36,649 nucleotides of DNA from a bacterium (GTDB lineage: Bacteria > Patescibacteriota > Minisyncoccia > Phycocordibacterales > GCA-002787175). The notes under the pieces were generated by a model. The model ran no database searches. It was not told where the DNA came from and was given only the letters and a program-made list of their open reading frames with translations. Every line of letters starts with the position of its first letter. Position 1 is the first letter of the stretch. The DNA lies in the NCBI GenBank assembly GCA_030689285.1, contig JAUYJM010000007.1:1-36649 (forward strand), written 5' to 3'. The position numbers and the translations under genes are program-made. Shown here piece after piece: positions 1-7,870 of this stretch.

Positions 1-140
1 TCTTGAAATAAAAGGAGCTAAGGTTTTGGCGTATTTTGTCCGTTTAAAGCGCCGAGACCTAAAAATCAAAACGAACTAGACCTTGTAGACGTTTCAATGG
101 ATTCTTTTTGCACGGCGGTTCGATTCCGCCCATCTCCACA
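1..140 (+). ncRNA. ssrA: tmRNA, 3' portion (5' part and tag frame lie before the window)
   Basis: Ends in GCACGGCGGTTCGATTCCGCCCATCTCCACA (T-arm GTTCGATTC plus acceptor strand ATCTCCA typical of tmRNA), preceded by a CTTGTAGA motif; no tRNA D/anticodon arms upstream. Confidence 0.85.
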
Positions 141-348
141 TTTTCAAAAATGAGCTCGCTTCTTGGCGAGCCATTTTTGTTATGTGGAGATGGAGCAAGT
201 GAACTGCTTCACTTGCGTGCGGAATCGAAGGACGGAAACATGTTTCGTCAGCAGACGAAACAGTTGAGTCGGGGTCGCGAAAAACTTTTGCGACGGCAAA
301 AGTTTATTCGTGACCGATACGCGAGTCCGCGAGCTTCCGCCCATCTCC
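119..348. repeat. Nested-hairpin element containing an inverted copy and a second direct copy of the tmRNA 3' end
   Basis: TTCGATTCCGCCCATCTCCACAT (119-141); inverted ATGTGGAGATGG (182-193) + GCGGAATCGAA (219-229) split by hairpin GCAAGTGAA-CTGC-TTCACTTGC; hairpins at 241-262 and 273-315; direct TTCCGCCCATCTCC (335-348). Confidence 0.85.
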
Positions 349-542
349 TCACACATAGAACAATATGGAAGACTTTGAATTACGAAACTCCATATCCGCG
401 TCTTTCTTTTCAATTTCGGCTACGGCTTTGTAAAAATTATTCAACAGATACTCTGAATATGCCTCATAATTTTTGCTTCGCCTCGCTCTAAATTGATAAG
501 AAATCCATCGGAAGCGAGTTTCGTAACTCAAAGTGGAAGAAT

Positions 543-570
543 AAAAATGCCCTGTTTTCAGGGTATTTTT
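543..570. terminator. Probable bidirectional intrinsic terminator
   Basis: AAAAATGCCCTG-TTTT-CAGGGTATTTTT hairpin downstream of the GT4 stop. Confidence 0.6.
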
Positions 571-639
571 CCGTTTTAATACACATCAACATTTTCCGAA
601 GTCACATCACTTCATGAAAGATTGACCTTCATGGCCCCA

Positions 640-1926
640 TTAGCCCTGTATCCGATTCTGACTATGCTCTGCCTTTATCTCCCGATACAGCTCAAGTAAA
701 TTATCCGCGATTGTGCCACTACGAAATTGCCCAGCCGTTTTGCGTGCTGCTCCAGCCATGGCAAGCCGCTTCTCAGGATTAGAAACGAGCTCTTCCACTT
801 TTTCCTGTGCCTCCTTATTTGAGAAAACCAAAAACCCGTTTTCGCCATTTTTTATAATCTCAGGAGCTACACCGACTGCATAGGATATTGGCACAAGGCC
901 TTGCGACATGCCCTCGACAAGACTGAGAGAGAATCCTTCATATCGGGATGAAATAAAAAGAATGCTCCCATAGCGACGCGACAAAACATCGGGGATAAGA
1001 TCTTTACGGATATTGACGTGTATATGGTGAGTCGGGAAAGCAACACGGAGCCACTCTTTTAACTTTTTATTAGTAGTCATACAAATTGTTGTCTTGGAAA
1101 TATCCGGAAAAGATCGGTAGAGTCCAATAAGACGGTCGAGTCCCTTGAGTTTGAGCGTAAAGACATCTCCACCGAGACGACCAAGAAAAACAATGTGTGG
1201 ATCAGAGGCAACGGGCGATTCTTTTCTTTCAAACCAGTAATTCTCAATGGCATTGTAAACAACCTTGATTCTTTCTGGCAGTACCCCCATGCCAATAAGT
1301 TCTTCTCTCACATATTCTGAAGTCGCTATGCATCTCGTCACGCGTGTTGCCACTAACTTTTCCATATCAGCTATATCTCGGAGAGGCTGAAATGTTTCAG
1401 GCTCAAGGCCTGAAATAATATTGAGATTGCGTAACTCACGCCAGATCGCTATCTCATCAGGCAAAAGTATTGATGTTTTTGGGGTGTTTTTGAGAAATCC
1501 AATAGTAGTTGAACCGAAGTGACTAACGAGAGGTGTTTTGAACGAAAGAAACGGTAACGGGGTGTATGTTGTTCCCTGAATAATGTGATAACGAAGTATG
1601 TCGTCTTTGTGTTCAAGTAAAGAATGAAAGAAAAGAATGTTCGCAAGCCCACGCATGTGTATCGGCACATCAGCAAGTTGCCAACGCGGATAGAAATTAC
1701 GAACGGTGGCACCTCGCTCTTTGAGCGCTGCCGCCATAATCTGATTTATATGATGCGCCCCAGTTGCGATGCGCCTTTCATTATGAATCATCGCTACTTT
1801 CATACCATTTCCCGGTTTTGGCACATTTCCACTTTTCCTGCGTGATAAATGGCGCAATCCTCTCATAAAGGAATTTGTTGTTTTATACGCCCGACGTGTC
1901 AGACTGTGATTTGTTTTTGTATTCAT
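640..1926 (-). CDS. Glycosyltransferase family 4 (GT-B); start may be ATG 1803
   Basis: SRYEGFSLSLVEGMSQGLVPI (EX7E motif), EIIKNGENGFLV, VFLGRL. Confidence 0.85.
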   Translation of the reverse strand: MNTKTNHSLTRRAYKTTNSFMRGLRHLSRRKSGNVPKPGNGMKVAMIHNERRIATGAHHINQIMAAALKERGATVRNFYPRWQLADVPIHMRGLANILFFHSLLEHKDDILRYHIIQGTTYTPLPFLSFKTPLVSHFGSTTIGFLKNTPKTSILLPDEIAIWRELRNLNIISGLEPETFQPLRDIADMEKLVATRVTRCIATSEYVREELIGMGVLPERIKVVYNAIENYWFERKESPVASDPHIVFLGRLGGDVFTLKLKGLDRLIGLYRSFPDISKTTICMTTNKKLKEWLRVAFPTHHIHVNIRKDLIPDVLSRRYGSILFISSRYEGFSLSLVEGMSQGLVPISYAVGVAPEIIKNGENGFLVFSNKEAQEKVEELVSNPEKRLAMAGAARKTAGQFRSGTIADNLLELYREIKAEHSQNRIQG

Positions 1927-2326
1927 AAAATAATTTATGCGTTCCTTACTGAAAGTTTTTTTCGGTATATGACATTCATTATACCGAAAATTATTTATTT
2001 CTCCATCTTTTATTTATTGTATTCTCTCCGGAGTGGACTCAACAAAAATTCGGCCAAAAAACACGCGAAAAGTATCCGCCACTCCATAAGCACTTTTTCA
2101 GGCCTATTTTTTTATTCCTTTTTATTAATGTCATTAACTTCGTTAACATACTGGAGAGTGTAGTGTAGAGAGGTGGTTCTATTGAGATTGATGGATTCCT
2201 TATCAAAGAGGTAATCTATCACCAGAGAGGACTCTAGTGGCCGAGAACCTTACCACGATTGAACGATCTTAAGAGAAGAGCACACATCTGGTTCCAAGAT
2301 ATAGGTTCTAACATCATTCATTAGTT

Positions 2327-2392
2327 TCCACTCGACTCGCTTGCTTTCTGAAAGCAAGCTCGCTCGTGGATTTTCCTGAGCTTGTCGAAGGA
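2327..2392. repeat. REP-like palindrome pair
   Basis: CCACTCGACTC-GCTTGCTTTC-T-GAAAGCAAGC-TCGCTCGTGG followed by TCCTGAGCTTGTCGAAGGA. Confidence 0.6.
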
Positions 2393-2419
2393 TAAACCAC
2401 CAGCGAAAACAGCGTGCTC

Positions 2420-2443
2420 AAACACCTCGTCAGAGGTGTTTTT
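2420..2443. terminator. Hairpin, possible terminator
   Basis: AAACACCTC-GTCA-GAGGTGTTTTT. Confidence 0.5.
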
Positions 2444-2496
2444 GTGTTGCATTAACAGGTTGAATGTACCTACCTGATCCCTTTATCCTCAAGTAT

Positions 2497-2538
2497 AAAA
2501 AAGAGCCCCGACACCATCATCGCTGACGGGTGGGGCTC
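2497..2538 (-). terminator. Intrinsic terminator of the XRE gene
   Basis: Minus strand GAGCCCC...GGGGCTC followed by a T-run, just after the stop at 2544. Confidence 0.6.
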
Positions 2539-2543
2539 GTGAC

Positions 2544-3260
2544 TTATGTTGCAAGGATTGTGGAAAATTCAACTCCCACTTCCTTTAAACTGAAATATGC
2601 TTCGCACAGAGCAGTGAGTTGCTCAAAGTTCAGACTCTCAAAACCTTCCATTCTTGCGATTTTTTTCAGCAAAGGTAGAACATCCTGTTTCTTTAGCTTA
2701 TCAAGGATTTTTACAGCCCTTGGCTCGTTAGCGAGTTTGTCCATTTCGGCGGGGTCAATTCCCAACACTTGGCAAAGTGCTTGTCTTCTTTCGAGAGACA
2801 GCTCTCGCTTTACTCTTCCATTCTCAAGGTTCGAGAAAGATTGAGTAGTAAAATCCTCTTTGAGAAGCTTGTTCAGCTCCGCATTAGCCTTTCGTTGTGA
2901 CCAACCTTTTCCGATACGAGCAGTCCTCACCATCACCCCAATCCTCTGTATGTTTGAGCATTCTCCTTGAGTAGATGAGTTTCGGTGAGATTCTTCTTTT
3001 GTGGATAAGCTTTCGTAAATCCCTTTATCACCATCCAGCACATCTGCCAAAAGGTGACGAAGCTCAAGTGATAGTTCACGACTCAAACTCGCCGACTCCA
3101 ATTTTGTAATCCAAGTCCTATTAAACTTTTTCGGTTTCTTGGTGTAAGGATCTACGGGTTTATTTTGAGCACCTTGTAATTTTGAAGTTAGCTGTTCCTG
3201 CGTCCACCCGAGACGCACTCTATCTTGTTGGACTAGTTCGCCTAGGTGTTTCGCATTCAT
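2544..3260 (-). CDS. Transcriptional regulator with two tandem XRE/Cro-C1-type HTH domains
   Basis: LGELVQQDRVRLGWTQEQL...TWITKLES..RELSLE and IGVMVRTARIGKGWSQRK...SFSNLENG..RELSLE; start taken at ATG 3260. Confidence 0.75.
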   Translation of the reverse strand: MNAKHLGELVQQDRVRLGWTQEQLTSKLQGAQNKPVDPYTKKPKKFNRTWITKLESASLSRELSLELRHLLADVLDGDKGIYESLSTKEESHRNSSTQGECSNIQRIGVMVRTARIGKGWSQRKANAELNKLLKEDFTTQSFSNLENGRVKRELSLERRQALCQVLGIDPAEMDKLANEPRAVKILDKLKKQDVLPLLKKIARMEGFESLNFEQLTALCEAYFSLKEVGVEFSTILAT

Positions 3261-3659
3261 GTGTAAACTTTCTGTAAGAGGTTGTAGGTTTCTGCGACAA
3301 TATGGGACCAGACGCATTGTTAAAACGACAAATTTTTATTATCGCAAAAACACGTCCGGCTCTGTAAAAAGGTCTAAACTTGAGCTACCATAACATACAA
3401 AATGTGTTCTGTCCATGTTTTTCCCGCTGAACACATGAGCTTAATTTCGACCTTAAAATACCTTCATTTAGAGCCATTTTTTAAAATCGCGCCGAAACGA
3501 AAAGGAACAGAGAATAATATTAATTCTAATACAAGAATTGTGATACCTAGAAAATAGATTTTCCTTACGATTTCACCATTATTTTCCCATTATTACAGGT
3601 ATTTAAGAATTAATACCACTAAAAAACAAAGGTTTTGATGGTTTTCGATGTTTTACGGT

Positions 3660-3790
3660 CCATCTCCACATGTACAAAAACCAGCCCGAATGGGCGGTTT
3701 TTGTTATGTGGAGATGGAGCAAGTGAACTGCCCGCCCGTACCGAATATGTCTGTGCGGTACGTTCGGGCGGGCTTCACTTGCGGGCGGAA
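3660..3790. repeat. Second, partial copy of the tmRNA-end hairpin element (attR-like)
   Basis: CCATCTCCACAT at 3660-3671; 34 nt at 3698-3731 identical to 174-207; TTCACTTGCG resumes at 3774 after a 42 bp GC-rich palindrome. Confidence 0.85.
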
Positions 3791-3829
3791 TTGACAAACC
3801 CCCCGCATAGGTTTAATTTAGAGGACAGT

Positions 3830-4024
3830 ATGAACACCCTAACGGACAGACAAATTGTGGAGCTTCGCAGAATACACGAAGCCGACCAGGCCGAAGCGGC
3901 ATACGAGCAAAGACGAAGAGAGTTTTTCAGAGCAAAAATGCGAAGCGACAAGTTGCAAACATTTTTGATGCTGGCCTTCATCTTGTTTTTGTTTGCGCTG
4001 TTGTTTGCAAAGATAAACGGTTGA
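3830..4024 (+). CDS. Small protein with a C-terminal transmembrane helix (64 aa)
   Basis: GAGGA upstream of ATG 3830; charged helix then FLMLAFILFLFALLF. Confidence 0.6.
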   Translation: MNTLTDRQIVELRRIHEADQAEAAYEQRRREFFRAKMRSDKLQTFLMLAFILFLFALLFAKING

Positions 4025-4051
4025 AAGAGAGCAGAAAGGAGTCAAGACAAA

Positions 4052-4240
4052 ATGAGCAAACCGATTCGCGCAAAATGTCCTCATTGCGGAACTTTGACGC
4101 CTTACGCCGGCTACGGAGCGCACGTGGCGGTATGCGTCAGAATGCAGAGTGCAAAAACGCAACTCCCTCAACCATTCGCCTTCATCCGAAAAAAGGACGA
4201 AAAAGGTTTGAAGAAATCCACAGAAAGCCATTGTGCGTAA
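4052..4240 (+). CDS. Small zinc-finger-like protein (CxxC...HxxxC)
   Basis: AAGGAG upstream; CPHCG-TLTPYAGYGA-HVAVC. Confidence 0.55.
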   Translation: MSKPIRAKCPHCGTLTPYAGYGAHVAVCVRMQSAKTQLPQPFAFIRKKDEKGLKKSTESHCA

Positions 4241-4268
4241 TATCTTGTGGCGTTAAACTACCATAAGT

Positions 4269-4472
4269 ATGGACACTCACAAAATCCCAGTCCCTCTCGC
4301 TGTGTTTCTGCAAATACAGAAGCGTGAGATGGAGAGTCCGTTCAACAGGTGGGTGACCGGCGAAGAAGTCCACCGCTACCCCACAAACAATGAACTGGTA
4401 ACGCATTACATTGGCTCTGGTCGCGCGGCAGAAATAGCGCGCGAACTGGAGCCCAGGATGGCAAGAATCTAA
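4269..4472 (+). CDS. Hypothetical protein (67 aa)
   Basis: Co-oriented ORF in the small-gene run, followed by a terminator. Confidence 0.55.
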   Translation: MDTHKIPVPLAVFLQIQKREMESPFNRWVTGEEVHRYPTNNELVTHYIGSGRAAEIARELEPRMARI

Positions 4473-4507
4473 TTTGCGCGGGCCTCTCGGCACCGCGAAG
4501 AAACAAG

Positions 4508-4542
4508 CCCCATTTTGAAGCGATTCAAAATGGGGTCTTTTT
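4508..4542 (+). terminator. Intrinsic terminator
   Basis: CCCCATTTTGAA-GCGA-TTCAAAATGGGG-TCTTTTT. Confidence 0.7.
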
Positions 4543-4652
4543 GTTTGCTTATATCGCCTATTTATGCTATATTAAAAATAGATTTCTTTAGGGTCTCCAA
4601 CCAAATATCCATTTTGGAAATGGACCTCTTTACTCAAAAAGAAAGGAACAGT

Positions 4653-5066
4653 ATGGACACAGAAACATTGACAGTAGCAGTTAAATACTTGCGATACGCG
4701 GCAAGCACAGTGAAAGAGTGGAATTTGAGACCGGAAGAAGCCGGTCAATTTATAAACGACTACCAGTTGGCGCGGCGGAAGTCTCCCCTGAAAGAAGACG
4801 ACGCGGCCGACATAGTGCGGGCGATCTGGTCTCCTCAATTTCATATTGCGTCAGAACTGTGGGGCTTGAGCGCAGACGCTCAGGAAACAATACTCGCCTT
4901 GTGGTCTTGTTTTTTGGCGGAATCGGATCGCCTCTGGAAAAATGGCCAAGAGGAAGTGGGTGAGATTATGGACCGCAACCTCGCCCAAAACCTCGGGGTG
5001 AAGTTTGAAGACTGGAACAACGCCCGTCTGCAAGCAAGAACCTTTTCGGAATTAGTGGCGGCATAA
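4653..5066 (+). CDS. Hypothetical helical protein (alternative start ATG 4620)
   Basis: AAGGA upstream of ATG 4653; protein-like composition; terminator downstream. Confidence 0.6.
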   Translation: MDTETLTVAVKYLRYAASTVKEWNLRPEEAGQFINDYQLARRKSPLKEDDAADIVRAIWSPQFHIASELWGLSADAQETILALWSCFLAESDRLWKNGQEEVGEIMDRNLAQNLGVKFEDWNNARLQARTFSELVAA

Positions 5067-5079
5067 GCAAGTGTTGATC

Positions 5080-5110
5080 AAAGCGCGGGAAAATCCCCCC
5101 GCGCTTTTTT
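5080..5110 (+). terminator. Intrinsic terminator
   Basis: AAAGCGCGGG...CCCGCGCTTTTTT. Confidence 0.7.
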
Positions 5111-5111
5111 G

Positions 5112-5140
5112 TTGCATAAAAAATTTAACTGTGATATAAA
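5112..5140 (+). promoter_or_regulatory. Possible sigma70 promoter of infC
   Basis: TTGCAT-17 nt-TATAAA with TG at the extended -10 position. Confidence 0.45.
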
Positions 5141-5170
5141 TATACTCTCAATCAGGTAACTACAAAATCC

Positions 5171-5683
5171 ATCTTGAACAAAAGGGCACGGATAAATCAT
5201 CAAATCAGAGCCGGTGACTTGCGCGTACTAAAAGCAGACGGCGCTGTCCTCGGTATAATGTCTAGGGACAAAGCCCTGGAATTGGCCGTTTCCGAAGGTC
5301 TGGACTTGATTGAAATCTCGCCTGGCGCTTCCCCGCCGGTGGCAAGAATAATGGATTTCGGTAAGTACCAGTACGACGAGAGCAAGAAGCAGAAGCTTGC
5401 AAAGTCAAAAACGAAGGTGGCAGAGCTCAAGAGTATACAGGTAAAAGTCGGCACGGGTGAACACGACTTGGCCCTGAAAGCCAAAAAGGTTTCTGATTGG
5501 CTTTCGGACGGACACAGAGTGAGAATTGAACTTTTTCTCTCCGGCCGCTTGAAATATCTTGATAAAAAGTTTTTAGAAGAAAGATTGGAAAGGATACTTC
5601 GCCTTGTAAGCACCGAGTATAAGACGACCGAACCAGTCAAAAAAAGTCCCAAAGGTTTTACAGTGGTTGTAGAAAGAAAATAA
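5171..5683 (+). CDS. infC: Translation initiation factor IF-3 (non-ATG start: ATC 5171 or TTG 5174)
   Basis: RINHQI, GLDLIEISPGASPPVARIMDFGKYQY, EHDL; upstream of rpmI-rplT. Confidence 0.97.
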   Translation: MLNKRARINHQIRAGDLRVLKADGAVLGIMSRDKALELAVSEGLDLIEISPGASPPVARIMDFGKYQYDESKKQKLAKSKTKVAELKSIQVKVGTGEHDLALKAKKVSDWLSDGHRVRIELFLSGRLKYLDKKFLEERLERILRLVSTEYKTTEPVKKSPKGFTVVVERK

Positions 5684-5796
5684 TACGCGCCGATTGAGGT
5701 TTCGAAACATAACCTGTAAACACAAGAAAAGCCGATGTTTTGTCCCGCGACAGATTAAGGGTTATTCCGCATTTAAACTTTCGTATAAGTTATATT

Positions 5797-5976
5797 ATGA
5801 AAACAAACAAATCGTTTATGAAACGGCTAAAAGTCACAAAAAATGGCAAGATTGTGGCAAGAAAGGCCGGACAAAATCATTTTAACGCCAAAGAAAACAG
5901 GAGATCGCAGATGAACAAGCGTCGTTCTGTGATTTTGAAGTTTAAAAACAAAACCATTAGCAGATATTTAGCATAA
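5797..5976 (+). CDS. rpmI: 50S ribosomal protein L35
   Basis: MKTNKSFMKRLKVTKNGKI..RKAGQNHF; synteny. Confidence 0.95.
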   Translation: MKTNKSFMKRLKVTKNGKIVARKAGQNHFNAKENRRSQMNKRRSVILKFKNKTISRYLA

Positions 5977-5979
5977 AAA

Positions 5980-6080
5980 CTCGAATGGTCCCGAACTAGG
6001 CGCGAGTACGCGCCTCCCGAATCAATCATGAATCTGATATTAGGGAAAATTAGGGATAAAATTCGGGATTGATTAGAGAA
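5980..6080 (+). repeat. Intergenic palindromic repeat, family B copy 1
   Basis: GTCCCGAA..TAGGCGCGAGTACGCGCCTCCCGAATCAATCA.GAATCTGA...GGGATTGATTAGAGAA; near-identical reverse complement at 17393-17494. Confidence 0.9.
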
Positions 6081-6090
6081 CAATAATTAT

Positions 6091-6441
6091 ATGGTACGCG
6101 TAAAAAAGGGTGTCAACGCCCTGAAAACAAGAAGAAATATATTAAAGGCGGCCAAAGGCTACCGTTTCGGACGCTCAAAAAAGGAGAGGGCCGCTTATGA
6201 AGCACTCGCCCACGCCGGAAAGTACTCTTTCGCGCACAGAAGAGACAAAAAAAATGACTTTAGAAGACTCTGGAATGTTCAAATAAGCTCGTCTCTTAGG
6301 CCCCTGGGTTTCTCATACAGCAAATTTATCGGGATACTTAAAAGAAAAAAGATTGAACTTGATAGAAAGATTTTAGCGACGCTTGCCGAAACAAATCCAG
6401 AAACATTTAAGAGGGTGGTGAAGAAAACGGAAAAAATTTAG
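6091..6441 (+). CDS. rplT: 50S ribosomal protein L20
   Basis: MVRVKKG, AKGYRFGRS, RRDKKNDFRRLW, SYSKFI, LDRKILA. Confidence 0.98.
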   Translation: MVRVKKGVNALKTRRNILKAAKGYRFGRSKKERAAYEALAHAGKYSFAHRRDKKNDFRRLWNVQISSSLRPLGFSYSKFIGILKRKKIELDRKILATLAETNPETFKRVVKKTEKI

Positions 6442-6455
6442 GGAGTTTTGAATGT

Positions 6456-6492
6456 AAAAAATCGTGTTCGTTTTATGCAAACGCGGTTTTTT
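6456..6492. terminator. Bidirectional terminator between convergent rplT and MBL genes
   Basis: AAAAAATCGTGTT...AACGCGGTTTTTT. Confidence 0.55.
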
Positions 6493-6508
6493 ATGCTGAT
6501 AGAAAAAA

Positions 6509-7870
6509 TCAGAATTCTATCTCATACTTATCTCCCACTTTCGGCGCCACGGCTTCTACGCAGAGGTAGTCCCGAATCCTTTGAGCCAAAAACATTGATG
6601 CTTTTGGCTCGCCCATTGCTACGAAAACTTTTTTCAAGGTCTCTGCCGAATTGGATACAAATTCCAAAAGACCCTCACCGTCTTTGTGCGAAGAGTAGCC
6701 GTTTATTGTAACGATTTTCGCCCTGACCCTGACCTTTTTGTCCCCTATTTTTACCTCTTTTAAACCGTCCTGAATCTCTCTGCCCAAACTTCCTACGGCT
6801 TGATAGCCGACAAAAAGGATAGTAACGGAAGGATCGGGCAGAAGTCTTTCTTCATGCTTGACGATTCGCCCGCCGGAAGACATCCCTGAGCCGGCTATTA
6901 CAATCTTTGGCCCGCTTTGGGAAACTATTTCTCTGGATTCTATAGAGGATTCAGTCACCTTGAGCATAGGAAAAGAAAAAATATCGTCGCCTTCAGCTAA
7001 ATGCTTTTGGATATCATTATTTAAGTTTTTCGGCATTCTTCTGTAAATTTCGGTAACCTTTACTGCCAACGGCGAATCCAAAAAAACCTTTACGTCCTTT
7101 ATAGACCCACTTTCCACAAGGTCATTAAGTTTATGCAGTAGTATTTGGGTTTTTTCAATTGAAAACGAAGGGATGAGCAATGTTCCTTTTTTAGATATGA
7201 CATCTCTTATAACCCGTTCAAAGTTTTCCTCTCTTTCGCTCCTGTTCTCGTGATTCCTGTCTCCATATACGCTTTCCACCACCATATAGTCGGCTAAAGA
7301 GACTTTTTCGGTGTCATTTAAAAGAGGTGAGGGAGAATTTCCAAGGTCTCCGCTAAATACCATGCTCTTTCCATTTCTCTCCAAAATCACAATAGCCGAA
7401 CCTAAAATATGGCCCGCGTCTTTAAATATCGCGCGCAAATCAACCCCTGCGCCAAACCATTCCCTGTAATCGTAAGTGTCCCATAGAGCCAACGCGGCAA
7501 GAGCATCTTCCTTTGCGTAGAGAGGTTCTTTTTTCTCTCTTTCCATAATGGAGATGGCATCTTCAAACATAAAAGAAGCCATTGCCTTGGTTTCAGCGGT
7601 ACTTATAATCCTGCCCTTAAACCCGTCTCTAACAAGCTTTGGTACGCGCCCTATGTGGTCTATATGAGCATGAGTTATAAAACATATGTCTATGTCTGAC
7701 GGGTCATACGGGAATGGCTTTCTATTTTCATCTTCCGCAAAATTTTCACCCTGTATGAGCCCACAGTCCACTAAAATACGCTCCTTTCCCGTATCAAGCA
7801 GAAAATTTGAACCGGTAACCTTTCTGACACCGCCCCAAAAAACAATAGAGCTTTTAAAGTCACTTTTCAT
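6509..7870 (-). CDS. Metallo-beta-lactamase/beta-CASP family ribonuclease
   Basis: VTGSNFL, THAHIDHIG, DAGHILGSA, FSGDLG, ESVYG, AGSGMSSGGRI, YSSHKD. Confidence 0.93.
   Translation of the reverse strand: MKSDFKSSIVFWGGVRKVTGSNFLLDTGKERILVDCGLIQGENFAEDENRKPFPYDPSDIDICFITHAHIDHIGRVPKLVRDGFKGRIISTAETKAMASFMFEDAISIMEREKKEPLYAKEDALAALALWDTYDYREWFGAGVDLRAIFKDAGHILGSAIVILERNGKSMVFSGDLGNSPSPLLNDTEKVSLADYMVVESVYGDRNHENRSEREENFERVIRDVISKKGTLLIPSFSIEKTQILLHKLNDLVESGSIKDVKVFLDSPLAVKVTEIYRRMPKNLNNDIQKHLAEGDDIFSFPMLKVTESSIESREIVSQSGPKIVIAGSGMSSGGRIVKHEERLLPDPSVTILFVGYQAVGSLGREIQDGLKEVKIGDKKVRVRAKIVTINGYSSHKDGEGLLEFVSNSAETLKKVFVAMGEPKASMFLAQRIRDYLCVEAVAPKVGDKYEIEF

Noticed and set aside
60..140. Possible tRNA gene
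   Set aside because: Only a T-arm and acceptor 3' strand are present, with no cloverleaf; tmRNA fits better
108..491. ORFs 108..491 (+) and 180..413 (-)
   Set aside because: They overlap the tmRNA end and the hairpin element; their similarity to the N-terminal part of ORF 3635..4024 is due to the DNA repeat
349..531. 60 aa minus-strand ORF
   Set aside because: Could be real, but it has no recognisable motif or clear start signal, so it is not called
130..5066. Intact prophage or ICE at ssrA
   Set aside because: No integrase, structural, replication or conjugation genes
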